Virus record (IMG/VR): IMGVR_UViG_3300034072_002211
Span: 186,001 to 250,000 of that record
Strand: one strand, 5' to 3'
DNA: 64,000 nt
Within the stretch, counting starts at the first letter, position 1, and each line of letters starts with the position of its first letter. Below, piece by piece: positions 17,348 to 26,518 of this stretch. The notes beneath the pieces were generated by a model that was not told where the DNA came from, did no database searches, and saw nothing but the letters and a program-made list of their open reading frames with translations. Both the position numbers and the translations under genes were made by a program.

Positions 17348-19070
17348 AGGAGAAAAGATGCGGCTCCAAGAGGCATCCAACATGCCAGTGGCAGAACTCC
17401 TCCATGAGGGTGTCCTTCTCAAATCCCAGGTAGCTTGCGAACTCCTGGAAGCCCAGGTCGCAATGCCGGATCTTGATGTCAGTGTTCTTGAAGAAGCGCA
17501 CGTTGGCTTGCCAGATGATCCGGCTGATCTCAAGCTCTGCGGCCGCTGGGATCTTTGCGCGAGCGCGCAGGCTCACGTAGGGCGCAGCATAGGGAACGCG
17601 GGCCTTGGCTCCACTACCCAGGATAACGCTGAGCCCGCCATAGTCGGAGCCAACAATGAAGTCCCGGAGGTCCACCACGTCATAGTATTCAGTGCCCGCA
17701 TAGTCACCGAAGTCGCTGAGGATGACCTGATCGACGATCTTCACGCCTTGGGGCAAGAGATCCAAAGCTGAACGGATAGTACCGCCGGTCACCGTGTCAT
17801 CTTCGACCAGCACATATTCACCATCAGGAATGTTCTGCGCCTGCTCCTCGAGAAAAGGAAAACCCACGCGCTCAGCACGGAACTGTGGCTTCCGTTGGGC
17901 TTCACTGACTGCGAAGTAACGGGTGCTCTGAAACATCTCATCACCGGGGAAGAACGGATCCAGGCTGAGAGTTAGGCGGTCACCAACGACCTTCTCAGCT
18001 TGTGCGAGCTGTTCGCTCACTGGAATGAGGTGGACCTTGTTCTGATGGCCGAGACTTTTGAACACCTGTGCGATACCAAGTCGAACCGTGCTCTGGAGTT
18101 GGATCCTGCGCTTCTCGAGTTCGCTTTCATCAATGATGCTGTGCCAGCGACGAATCGCGAGGTTCTCTTCATTGCGGATCAGGTAGGGCAGTTCGCCCGT
18201 GTCCTGCTTGTCCCAGGTCAACAGGTAGTCGCGGACCTTGGTGTTCAGATGGTCATGATTGCCTTCGCGCGCCAACTTGCTCGAGATGTCGCTCCGCGGG
18301 ATCATGATCGACTGGCCGGGAAGAGCCTCACCAAAGCCTTCGTTATCGGAACCGTAGACGTAGAAGACCCGCAGATATTGACCAACATGGAACTTGAGGT
18401 ATTCCTGGAGCCGCATGACCACATCGGTGAAGTTGATCTCGGCGGGCATGTAACGGGCCGCCCAGGGGTCACAGTCCAGCCAGTTGCTCTCTTGCGTGGC
18501 CAGCTCAACCATCGAGCAACGATGCTCTGCGGGGATGGCAGCGGTGCCACCATACTTCTGCCCCACATAGCTGTCGTGACCGGGCGCAAAGTATCCACCC
18601 AGAACGCTGTAACCCTGATCTTCTGCGATCTTGCGCGCCTCGTCCATCATTGCGATGTGGCCGTTGTGGATGGGAGCCATGCCGCCCGTGGTCACTAGCA
18701 CAATGGGCTCACGGCTGCGATCGGACTTCAGCCATGCGATGAAATGCTTGCGGACCTTCTCCAGTGGAGTGGTCATGAAGACAGGATCCCAAGCCTTGTG
18801 CGACATCGCGAGCTGGGGCAAGCCGTCGTCGAAGAAGCCCGCGCGGTAGAGATCCTTGCTGTCCTGAGTCTTCTCATAAACCCGACGGTAGCAGGGATCC
18901 GCGAGAGCTTTCCAGGCATACCGCTGGGCGGTGCTCATGCCCTCCTCCAAAAGCCTACGGCCTGCGAGGTGGATGTCATTGTGTCCACTCAACGGTTCAA
19001 GCCCGAGGAGCTCATAGAGATTCTCCTTGGGACGATCCATTGTGATACCGCAGGCGTAGGTGTCTGTCAT
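17346..19070 (-). CDS. J-domain-like + NMN/NaMN adenylyltransferase + type I phosphoribosyltransferase fusion
   Basis: NLYELLGL...ALADPCYRRVYE; TGGMAPIHNGH (HxGH), FYVYGSD; VLVEDDTVTGGT PRPP-binding loop. Confidence 0.8.
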   Translation of the reverse strand: MTDTYACGITMDRPKENLYELLGLEPLSGHNDIHLAGRRLLEEGMSTAQRYAWKALADPCYRRVYEKTQDSKDLYRAGFFDDGLPQLAMSHKAWDPVFMTTPLEKVRKHFIAWLKSDRSREPIVLVTTGGMAPIHNGHIAMMDEARKIAEDQGYSVLGGYFAPGHDSYVGQKYGGTAAIPAEHRCSMVELATQESNWLDCDPWAARYMPAEINFTDVVMRLQEYLKFHVGQYLRVFYVYGSDNEGFGEALPGQSIMIPRSDISSKLAREGNHDHLNTKVRDYLLTWDKQDTGELPYLIRNEENLAIRRWHSIIDESELEKRRIQLQSTVRLGIAQVFKSLGHQNKVHLIPVSEQLAQAEKVVGDRLTLSLDPFFPGDEMFQSTRYFAVSEAQRKPQFRAERVGFPFLEEQAQNIPDGEYVLVEDDTVTGGTIRSALDLLPQGVKIVDQVILSDFGDYAGTEYYDVVDLRDFIVGSDYGGLSVILGSGAKARVPYAAPYVSLRARAKIPAAAELEISRIIWQANVRFFKNTDIKIRHCDLGFQEFASYLGFEKDTLMEEFCHWHVGCLLEPHLFS

Positions 19071-19108
19071 GTCACCTCTTTGCTACCAAATTGGTGACGC
19101 GTCAACCG

Positions 19109-19507
19109 TTAAAGGTCGAACAGACTCCTGCCGTAGGGGCACTCGATCATGGGTTCTGTGGGACGGACGCCGGCGCTCTGGAGCGCAGCATTCTTGTTCC
19201 TCGCGGCCTCTGCTCGTTCGGCGAGTTCATACGCCTTGCTGTTGAGCTCATGGACCTCACGCGCCGTCAGCCGCCCGTCATTGAGCGCCTTAGCCACGTC
19301 CATTTTGAGGGCCGGACACTTGCCCGAGTCGTAGTCGCTCGTTGGACCGACCTTGGCAGCATCCTCGTATTGGTTGGGGGTAGCTTCTGCGTTTGGACGC
19401 ACGATCCAGTTGGGCAGCGCATACCAGACGCAATAGAGGATGCCGAGGATCAGCACGAGCGTGGTCAGCCACTTGATGGCGTGCCAGCGATTGTAGGGCT
19501 TGCTCAT
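19109..19507 (-). CDS. membrane-anchored periplasmic protein
   Basis: N-terminal TM helix; start MSKPYN. Confidence 0.7.
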   Translation of the reverse strand: MSKPYNRWHAIKWLTTLVLILGILYCVWYALPNWIVRPNAEATPNQYEDAAKVGPTSDYDSGKCPALKMDVAKALNDGRLTAREVHELNSKAYELAERAEAARNKNAALQSAGVRPTEPMIECPYGRSLFDL

Positions 19508-19743
19508 TGGATCGCCTTGATCATCAGCTCGTAGATGCGAGCCTGTGGAGTGTTGGGATACTGGCCGGGAACGAACAGACCGCAGCGACCAGTGGTATGG
19601 CACATCGCAGCCCAGAGAGCTTCATTGAGGCGCTCATTGGATTCCTGCCGCTCCTCGGCCGTTGGGTTCCAGCCTGCCCCACCGGCGCGCATCTGAGCGT
19701 AGATGGTCGCGAGTTCTTCGCGCTCTTGTGGGGTCAGGCTCAT
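19504..19743 (-). CDS. hypothetical protein
   Basis: ATGA overlaps. Confidence 0.7.
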   Translation of the reverse strand: MSLTPQEREELATIYAQMRAGGAGWNPTAEERQESNERLNEALWAAMCHTTGRCGLFVPGQYPNTPQARIYELMIKAIQ

Positions 19744-19937
19744 CGTTTACCTTTCAGACGACCGATCTCGCGACGAATACGCCGCTTGCTGGGCCGCGCG
19801 CCATAGTTGAAATCACGCTGGGCCCAATAGAGGATCCAGCCCATAGTCTCGCGACGACTGGGCCGACGAACGAGGACAACCCGTGGTTTGTTTCGCACAC
19901 CCTTGGGTCTACGATATTGCCACCACCAGATATTCAC
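19740..19937 (-). CDS. small Arg-rich protein
   Basis: GTGA overlap start. Confidence 0.55.
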   Translation of the reverse strand: MNIWWWQYRRPKGVRNKPRVVLVRRPSRRETMGWILYWAQRDFNYGARPSKRRIRREIGRLKGKR

Positions 19938-20233
19938 GCCTTGCTCCTCACGATCTTGCCCTTGGGGGTGAGAGTCAGGCGAAGGCCCATGTGCCGCTGG
20001 ACGCATTGTGTGATGCCGATGTCGTCCAACATGCGAATCTTGCTCCGACCAGGATAGTTGCTATCCGTGCCCCAATGGATGAGGCCCGCACGATATAGCC
20101 TGTCGATCCTGTTCGCAAGATCAGGACCCCAGCGACGGATGTGGAGACCCTTCCGGAGAGAAACCCTCCGGAAGAGCGCCATGTCACGCGGGCTGATCAC
20201 CCGATCACCTTGCGGCCATCGTTGTAGGTCCAC
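19934..20233 (-). CDS. basic hypothetical protein, possible winged-helix
   Basis: IDRLYRAGLI...LTLTPKG pattern. Confidence 0.6.
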   Translation of the reverse strand: MDLQRWPQGDRVISPRDMALFRRVSLRKGLHIRRWGPDLANRIDRLYRAGLIHWGTDSNYPGRSKIRMLDDIGITQCVQRHMGLRLTLTPKGKIVRSKA

Positions 20234-20487
20234 AGCGGCGCGACCGCCTTGCGGATCTCCATGATGCGATCGGCGAACTCGATCGGGAGGCCGGTGTTGC
20301 CCACGATGTCGTGGACATCACAGCCGTCGGTCAGATCGCAGAGAGCGTTGATGAGTTCCTGGACGGACACGCCGGTGCCGCCGGCTGCGAGCGTGTCAGC
20401 GGTCATGACTTCGTGACGGTTGGCCAGGCTGGCAGCAACCTTGATATCGAGACCGTATGTCTCGTTGCGCGCGTCGAGCGTCAGCAT
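20197..20487 (-). CDS. hypothetical phage protein
   Basis: AGGAGA RBS before MLTL; promoter element. Confidence 0.75.
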   Translation of the reverse strand: MLTLDARNETYGLDIKVAASLANRHEVMTADTLAAGGTGVSVQELINALCDLTDGCDVHDIVGNTGLPIEFADRIMEIRKAVAPLWTYNDGRKVIG

Positions 20488-20550
20488 TTTCTGTCTCCTT
20501 TTCCTGTTTACCAACTCTGGATAACAGAAAATAGGATAGCGTCAACCAGT

Positions 20551-20793
20551 TTATAGGCCCACAGGTATCACCGCGTGGCTGCGACACTTGCGGCAGAGAC
20601 GGCCTTCCCTCGGCTTGTTGAGCCAGCCTTCAGGAGGCGGCTTCCACTCGGGAACCCAGCCACATTCCTGACACTTCCACGACGGTGGGACCGTGTCAAA
20701 TTCCCAGTCGTCATCCTCGGGCGTCGATGATCTCACAGGCTTTCTCGTTATACATATGGACGTCTCCCCATATCTCAACGCTTCGCCAGCCAA
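20551..20793 (-). CDS. small Zn-ribbon protein (start uncertain)
   Basis: CQECG and CRKCRS pairs. Confidence 0.55.
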   Translation of the reverse strand: MAGEALRYGETSICITRKPVRSSTPEDDDWEFDTVPPSWKCQECGWVPEWKPPPEGWLNKPREGRLCRKCRSHAVIPVGL

Positions 20794-21058
20794 GACGTTG
20801 CAGGAACGCCTTAAGGTGCGGGTTGTGGGGATGCTCGACCTCGAGCGGAAGCTTGGGCGACCACTCTTTGAGGAAGCGAGTCAGATAACCTTTGCGCTCA
20901 GTTGACGCCTTGATATTGGCGAGCACAATGACGCCCGGATAGCGCACGGAGCGCCTACAGTAGATCACGAGCCCGTAGGCGCGCACATACTCGGACCGCA
21001 TACGAGCGGCGCCCTCAGGGCTTTCGAGGGCATATTCCTCAAACTTCCGATAGCACAT
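20711..21058 (-). CDS. hypothetical protein, possible GNAT-like fold
   Basis: LANIKASTERKGYLTRFL resembles acetyl-CoA motif A. Confidence 0.6.
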   Translation of the reverse strand: MCYRKFEEYALESPEGAARMRSEYVRAYGLVIYCRRSVRYPGVIVLANIKASTERKGYLTRFLKEWSPKLPLEVEHPHNPHLKAFLQRLGWRSVEIWGDVHMYNEKACEIIDARG

Positions 21059-21443
21059 CTCGTTCCTTACGCCAGATCAGTTCCTTGGGGTTCCAGTAGG
21101 CGGGTTCAAAGAACCCTTCCTCTGGGCCGAGACCGTAGAAGCCGCGCGCATGAAGCGTGGCGAGCTCGAGGTCTGCGATGCTCGTGCGATAGTCGGGTGC
21201 CTCGTTCATGGTGAACACGAACTCATGGGCTGTGACGAAAAGACCCTCGGGAATATCGACACCGCCGATGGAGATGCGCTGACCCAGCTCGTTGCGGGCA
21301 TTGAGGGAGAAGCCGGTCCCGCCCATTTCCACACGATCAGCGATCATGCGAAGCATACGGACGATGTGACCCAGCTGATCCCCGCCAACCGCGTCCACGA
21401 GCTCGCTGCGGACCGTGAAGTCGATCCTGACTTGTTCAACCAT
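21039..21443 (-). CDS. hypothetical phage protein
   Basis: operonic ORF. Confidence 0.7.
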   Translation of the reverse strand: MVEQVRIDFTVRSELVDAVGGDQLGHIVRMLRMIADRVEMGGTGFSLNARNELGQRISIGGVDIPEGLFVTAHEFVFTMNEAPDYRTSIADLELATLHARGFYGLGPEEGFFEPAYWNPKELIWRKERDVLSEV

Positions 21444-21886
21444 CAGCCGATCTCCACGATCACTTCGAAGCGTTCACGACCGTCAGGAACCTCGCCGACC
21501 TTGGCCGCGTCCCACCAGTCCTCGGTATCACTAAAGCAATACTTTTTGGACGCATGGGTGTCAACGTCTTTGGCACCAGGATCCTGCATACGCCGCCGGA
21601 GGACCCGCTCCAGCAGACCGTCAACGTAGTTGAGTTCCCAGCCGTTGATCTTGTCGAGGAGCTCAGTGTCAAGCAGGATGTGGAAGTCGCGCAGGACAAC
21701 GGGTTTGTCAAAGTCCTCGTCCATGTACTCCCACTTCTCGCTGATATCAAGGATGGGATAGTGGCCGAAGACTTCGAGGAACTTGGCCTTGATCGCGGCG
21801 CCCAGAACCTCGTCCTCAACATCCTCGAACATGGGCTTCTTGCCGATGACCATGAAGCCACCCTTGCTACGATACGTTGCGAACAT
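21443..21886 (-). CDS. hypothetical phage protein
   Basis: operonic ORF. Confidence 0.7.
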   Translation of the reverse strand: MFATYRSKGGFMVIGKKPMFEDVEDEVLGAAIKAKFLEVFGHYPILDISEKWEYMDEDFDKPVVLRDFHILLDTELLDKINGWELNYVDGLLERVLRRRMQDPGAKDVDTHASKKYCFSDTEDWWDAAKVGEVPDGRERFEVIVEIG

Positions 21887-22068
21887 TAGCCAAACACCAG
21901 TTCGCGAATACTGACAATACCGTCGAGTTCCTCGTCGGTTTCGTTGCCCGTCAGGTCATCCGAGGAGAGGATCACGCGCTTGCTCGCATATTCAGGCTTC
22001 GAGAGCTGATTGATCAGCCATTGCTTGTTGGTGTTCTCCAACAGTTCGAGGACCTTTTCGACCTGCAT
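21886..22068 (-). CDS. small acidic protein
   Basis: AGGAGATCG RBS and promoter element. Confidence 0.7.
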   Translation of the reverse strand: MQVEKVLELLENTNKQWLINQLSKPEYASKRVILSSDDLTGNETDEELDGIVSIRELVFG

Positions 22069-22150
22069 CTCGATCTCCTTTGTTGCCTACTAATCAGGTG
22101 TAGCAGAGACAGGAAAGGCGTCAACCAGTTTCTGGTCAACGCCCTTGCTG

Positions 22151-22339
22151 TTAGTGGTTGCTGACGTCGTCGACTGCCACGTAGCTGGGATTGCTCAGCA
22201 TCGCTTGGCACTGGTATGCCTTGTGGCCGTCGGCCCGACATTCCTGGTAGAGCGTGTAGTTCCAGATCGCGCCGGCGATCATGAGGAGCGGAACGATGAT
22301 GAACATGCCGCCGACGAAATACTTGATGAGCTTGTGCAT
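22151..22339 (-). CDS. small single-TM protein
   Basis: AAGGAGG RBS, N-terminal TM, C-x(8)-C. Confidence 0.7.
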   Translation of the reverse strand: MHKLIKYFVGGMFIIVPLLMIAGAIWNYTLYQECRADGHKAYQCQAMLSNPSYVAVDDVSNH

Positions 22340-22348
22340 GGGGCCTCC

Positions 22349-22684
22349 TTAGTGGCGGGTGTTGAGCTTGCCGCGCGACATTGCGCTGTAATAGTGCGAA
22401 GAGAGGTCCGACATCAGCGTCGGGCAGAGCTCTGCGGTCGTGCGCGGGCCCATCTCGTCATAGCCCTTCGCGGTCTTCTCGCTCAGGGTGTTGAGCAGCG
22501 GGCGGAGACCGCCGATCTCGGTCTTGAACTTCAGGCCACCGTTGCGCCGGCCCCAGAAGCGAACCAGGGTTCCCTGAACGCGGGCGATGCCCCAGATCTT
22601 GTCGTTCTGCGCTGCGCCACCGCGCATGCCGCGCGAACCTTCGTTGAAAAAGCGGGCTGCTGCGATGAGTTCGATCTGTGCCAT
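22349..22684 (-). CDS. WGR-domain-like protein
   Basis: VRFWGRR...EKTAKGY. Confidence 0.65.
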   Translation of the reverse strand: MAQIELIAAARFFNEGSRGMRGGAAQNDKIWGIARVQGTLVRFWGRRNGGLKFKTEIGGLRPLLNTLSEKTAKGYDEMGPRTTAELCPTLMSDLSSHYYSAMSRGKLNTRH

Positions 22685-22771
22685 GTTTCCGATCTCCTGT
22701 TTGCGTTTCCGATAACCTGTTTCTACACTCTGGTGAGAAAGCGTCAACCACTTTCTCACCAGAATTTCGCC

Positions 22772-22900
22772 TTAGACACCGCAGTAGCGTCCCTGGGCGC
22801 AGTCGATTTCGTGCTGCTTCTTCATACCCGTGTCGAAGGCCCAGAGGACCACCGCAGCGAGAACAATCCAGAACGCATACTTGAGGACTTTGTCGCGCAT
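22772..22900 (-). CDS. 42-aa single-TM protein (not in ORF track)
   Basis: MRDKVLKYAFWIVLAAVVLWAFDTGMKKQHEIDCAQGRYCGV; AGGAG RBS. Confidence 0.6.
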   Translation of the reverse strand: MRDKVLKYAFWIVLAAVVLWAFDTGMKKQHEIDCAQGRYCGV

Positions 22901-22943
22901 TGCGCTTCTCCTGTTGGGGGAGGGGTTTCCCCCTCCCTGTTCC

Positions 22944-23255
22944 TTACATCGACCAGTAGGTCTCGCTGTCCACGCGGCAGCAATGCGGGGTGTCGATCGC
23001 CTGCTCGACGGGCTTGCCGCTCATCAGGTTCATCACGATCTCGTGACCCTCGCGGGCAACCGGCATCTTCTGCGCCGACTTGATGAACTGGTGTGCGCCC
23101 TTCGCGGTGCGGAAAGTGCCGCGACCGCCGCGGTTGCCTTCGACGTAGAAGCCGTCCGCCAGGATGATCGTGACCTGCTCGTTGTCCGAGGTCAGGTTCA
23201 GCTGGGCAACGCGCTTGTCGTTTGCGAGCTTTGCGAGGACCTTACCGTTCTTCAT
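22944..23255 (-). CDS. hypothetical phage protein
   Basis: AGGAGATCG RBS and promoter element. Confidence 0.8.
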   Translation of the reverse strand: MKNGKVLAKLANDKRVAQLNLTSDNEQVTIILADGFYVEGNRGGRGTFRTAKGAHQFIKSAQKMPVAREGHEIVMNLMSGKPVEQAIDTPHCCRVDSETYWSM

Positions 23256-23403
23256 TTCCGATCTCCTGTGTGCGTTTCCGATGTCACAGAGATAGCAGAA
23301 ACTGGTGACGCGTCAACCAGAAATCTCACCAGAGTTCAGAAAAAGGTGAGCTGGGAATTCACCTAAACCTTCAGCCTAACATCACCTGAATTGGTGTCAA
23401 GTC

Positions 23404-23769
23404 CTAGAGTTCGCCTGCTTCTTCGGCTCGCACATACTCTGCCCAGGGATCTTCGAAGAGAGCAGCAGGGCAGATATCGTCCTCGCCATACTTACAGGCA
23501 TACCGCTCGGTGGGCTTTCCCGGACCATCGTGGAAGTCATAGTTGAGACCATAACAATGGCGCATGTGGGCGCCATAGGACTGGTCGCCAGGCTTGAGTC
23601 GATTGTCCTTGGTCGCCTGCGCGTTCTCGACCCGAAGCTTGTTCGAGAGCTCGTCTTTACGCCCCTTGAGATAGCTTCTCAGGGTCATGACAGCTTCCAG
23701 CTGATCGCTAGTGCTGCCCACTGCCCCGAAGGCTTTCAGGGCAATGTGGAAGAGTTCGCGGTCGTTCAA
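23404..23769 (-). CDS. hypothetical phage protein
   Basis: overlap-coupled ORF. Confidence 0.7.
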   Translation of the reverse strand: MNDRELFHIALKAFGAVGSTSDQLEAVMTLRSYLKGRKDELSNKLRVENAQATKDNRLKPGDQSYGAHMRHCYGLNYDFHDGPGKPTERYACKYGEDDICPAALFEDPWAEYVRAEEAGEL

Positions 23770-24311
23770 CGTAGGCGCTCCTCGTGGTATTCCTTGTAGC
23801 GGCGCTCGAACTCATCCATATCATCCCGATGGATGCGGACACTGTGATAGTCGCTGGTGTCGAGTTCTCGGGTTTCGCCCCGATAGCCTTTGCCGTTGTT
23901 GAACCGCAGGCCCTCGCCCAGATTGGGATAGCCCTCGAGCCGCCCGTCGATGTAGCGTGAGCCGTATTGGCACTGTTGGCCGAGCCGCGACCGGCAGAAG
24001 TCCCCGAAGGGGCTGAAGCCGTCGTCGTTGAACTCGGGATGGACGATGTCACAGAGTGTGGCGTAGCCGACCTCACTCTCGTCGGTGTTCCAGCCCTCGC
24101 TGGTGACTTCGACGATCTCCGCGCCGGTGAAGATGTCCAGGAACTCGTTGAGGATCCAGACCTTATTGGGGCCCATGTCGGGTGCGCGGCGTGCCGAGCA
24201 ATACGCCTCGATCTCACCCTCGCGGTGCTTCCGTGTGGATTCGAGAGTGAACATATTGCCGTTCTCGTTGAAGCCGACAGTGACCGTCTCGCCGTCGTAT
24301 TGGACTTTCAT
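23766..24311 (-). CDS. hypothetical phage protein
   Basis: AGGAGATCG RBS and promoter element. Confidence 0.8.
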   Translation of the reverse strand: MKVQYDGETVTVGFNENGNMFTLESTRKHREGEIEAYCSARRAPDMGPNKVWILNEFLDIFTGAEIVEVTSEGWNTDESEVGYATLCDIVHPEFNDDGFSPFGDFCRSRLGQQCQYGSRYIDGRLEGYPNLGEGLRFNNGKGYRGETRELDTSDYHSVRIHRDDMDEFERRYKEYHEERLR

Positions 24312-24363
24312 TGTCGATCTCCTCGTTGCCTATACACCAGTCCTAGCATGAACTGGTGACCTG

Positions 24364-24525
24364 TCAACCAGATTCACGCTCCAGTTCACGGATCTCTTCC
24401 TCGAGCGCGTGGATGTCGCTTTCATAGTTGGCGATCGTCTCGTCGTCGAGATCTTCGTAATTGATCGCGTTCTGTTTCTCGTCGATCTCCTGCCGCATCT
24501 CGCGGATTTGCTCCTCGACGCTCAC
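24364..24525 (-). CDS. 53-aa acidic coiled-coil protein (not in ORF track)
   Basis: GTGA-coupled; VSVEEQIREMRQEIDEKQ... Confidence 0.6.
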   Translation of the reverse strand: MSVEEQIREMRQEIDEKQNAINYEDLDDETIANYESDIHALEEEIRELERESG

Positions 24526-24764
24526 GAACAGATCTCCATCTTGCGCTCGTAGAGCCAGCCCATGATGAGCTCAATGTCGGCGCCGCGGAAGCCCTCCATC
24601 TCAAGGCAGTTCTTGAGGTAAGCGAGGAAGCGGACTTCGTCGTCGAAGATCCCGGAATCCTTGCTCAGCTGCCAGAGGATGCTGTTGGCCTTCCAGGACT
24701 TGAGGTAGCCCTGGCCAAAGGAGTTGCTGTAGTTCTGAAAGTCCTGAACCAGCTGACCGTTCAT
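24522..24764 (-). CDS. hypothetical protein
   Basis: AAGGAGG RBS. Confidence 0.7.
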   Translation of the reverse strand: MNGQLVQDFQNYSNSFGQGYLKSWKANSILWQLSKDSGIFDDEVRFLAYLKNCLEMEGFRGADIELIMGWLYERKMEICS

Positions 24765-24910
24765 CGGTTGTCCTCCTTCAAAAGGTTTTCGTAGAATGCC
24801 GCAGTCTTAGGCATGCCGCGCTCACGGGCTGACTCTGCTGCTTGACGCCATCCCTTACGCTGTCGTGAGCGTCTGAGGGCGCTACAGAAGCCTTGATAGT
24901 AGGCGCTCAT
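24761..24910 (-). CDS. small basic protein
   Basis: ATGA overlap start MSAYY. Confidence 0.55.
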   Translation of the reverse strand: MSAYYQGFCSALRRSRQRKGWRQAAESARERGMPKTAAFYENLLKEDNR

Positions 24911-25212
24911 GCGAGCACCTCTGCGACCGGGCAGGGGTTGGTCCAAATGCCGCGGGCGAGATGCTTCACGCGCTCATCGTCGCCCAGTAGGTAGCAGGCG
25001 ATCAGACGCACCATTGCGTGGTAGTTGGAGTGATGGAAAGCCGTGCGGTTGAAGTCGCTCCAGGCTTCATTGCGATTGCGGATGATCTGGACATTCCAGC
25101 GCCGATCTGCTCCCTTGCTGAACGTGCCGACCTTCACACCATCCCGCAGGATGTCATAGTGCCGGTAAGCCGAAACCGGGGAGTCCTTGGTGACCTTGAG
25201 CGCAATGTCCAT
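24907..25212 (-). CDS. hypothetical phage protein
   Basis: AGGAGATCG RBS. Confidence 0.75.
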   Translation of the reverse strand: MDIALKVTKDSPVSAYRHYDILRDGVKVGTFSKGADRRWNVQIIRNRNEAWSDFNRTAFHHSNYHAMVRLIACYLLGDDERVKHLARGIWTNPCPVAEVLA

Positions 25213-25353
25213 CGACCGATCTCCTCTAAAAGCTCTAACAAGACCACGCCGCCCTCTTCCAGTTTCGGGCTCTTTATGCCGGGCTTCAAACCATCACCGA
25301 GCGTCTTGTTATCACCTGTTTAGCGGATTCTGGTGAGGCGTCAACCAGAAATT

Positions 25354-25710
25354 TCAGTCTTCCGAATGTTCACCAAAATAGCGGTCCTCAATGGACTCGT
25401 TAGTGTCCTTGCAGTAGAGCCTGCGAGCCTTGACCATCTCTTCCCAAGCGGGCCAGGTCAGGCTGAGCTCGAGGTAATCCCCGAGCCCGTCTTTGTCTGT
25501 GGTGCTGCGGGTCATGATGTGATCGTCGTCACACTCTATGACCTTCATGTCGTGATTGGGTCCGCTGAACCCTGCCTCGCGCCATAGCTGACCCACTGCG
25601 GGCTCAACTTCCTTAGCCTTGCGCCATTCGTAGAGGCGCACTGGGACCCGCCAGAATTTCCAGACGAGTCCGCCGATTGTCGCAATAGCGCCAGAGGTGA
25701 TTAGAGCCAT
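25354..25710 (-). CDS. membrane-anchored hypothetical protein
   Basis: N-terminal hydrophobic segment. Confidence 0.65.
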   Translation of the reverse strand: MALITSGAIATIGGLVWKFWRVPVRLYEWRKAKEVEPAVGQLWREAGFSGPNHDMKVIECDDDHIMTRSTTDKDGLGDYLELSLTWPAWEEMVKARRLYCKDTNESIEDRYFGEHSED

Positions 25711-25757
25711 TCCCGTGGCCTAACGTGGAATGGCTATCTAATCAATCACTTTACGGA

Positions 25758-26456
25758 TCAGTTGTTAGCTGAACCCTCGGCTACCGGCTGACCATTGTGG
25801 GTCTGCTGGATTGTGGGCTTTGGCTGCGCTGCCGCGAGAGTCTGAGACTGTTGCGCGGGAGCCATAGCCGTTGGCCGCTGGGGCGGCTGGGGAGGTTGCT
25901 GCGGACGATACTGCGGGAGAGAAGCGCCAGCAGGGCCGCTGTTGTAGAGCACGGCCTCGGGAGCAAGCTCGCCGCTTGCGAGCTTGTAGCGACCCGTTCC
26001 GCGCGTTCCAGGGCAGGCAAAGCCGGTGGATGAGAAGAAGGCATCTGCGTTCTTCTGATCCTGGCACATACGCGCCACTGCGATGTTGCTGAAGCCAAGG
26101 GCATGCCATGCCGCTGCGTCACTGCGACGTGTGCAGGCCTCGTCGGATCGGCCAAGGTTGAGTGAGAAGCCAATTGGACCGCCCGCTGCGCCGCCGCCCG
26201 TGCCCACAAGGCAAGGGTTGGTGCCGCCAAAGTAGCTGCCGCCCACAGATGGTGTGGTCCACGTGTGGCCACTGTAGTCGACATCATTCCGTTGCGGGCC
26301 TGTGGGTCCTTGTGCGACTGCCGTGACATTCACAGTATTGGCCGCTTGGGCTTCCGAGGACTGTGTGCCAGTGGCACCAGTCGTATCCTGCGCGAAAACA
26401 GGATGAGCCAAGACCAAGCACAAAACCGAAGCCGAAGCGATTGCGATCTTTTTCAT
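25758..26456 (-). CDS. secreted protein with conserved-looking C..G..G....G.S.....D..C...C domain
   Basis: signal peptide (AHPVFA), three Cys, Gln/Pro-rich tail. Confidence 0.75.
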   Translation of the reverse strand: MKKIAIASASVLCLVLAHPVFAQDTTGATGTQSSEAQAANTVNVTAVAQGPTGPQRNDVDYSGHTWTTPSVGGSYFGGTNPCLVGTGGGAAGGPIGFSLNLGRSDEACTRRSDAAAWHALGFSNIAVARMCQDQKNADAFFSSTGFACPGTRGTGRYKLASGELAPEAVLYNSGPAGASLPQYRPQQPPQPPQRPTAMAPAQQSQTLAAAQPKPTIQQTHNGQPVAEGSANN

Positions 26457-26518
26457 TATTTCCCCCTTTTGGTTTTCGTTATGAACTGGGAGGGCTGTTC
26501 ACCCTCCCAGTCATTGGA

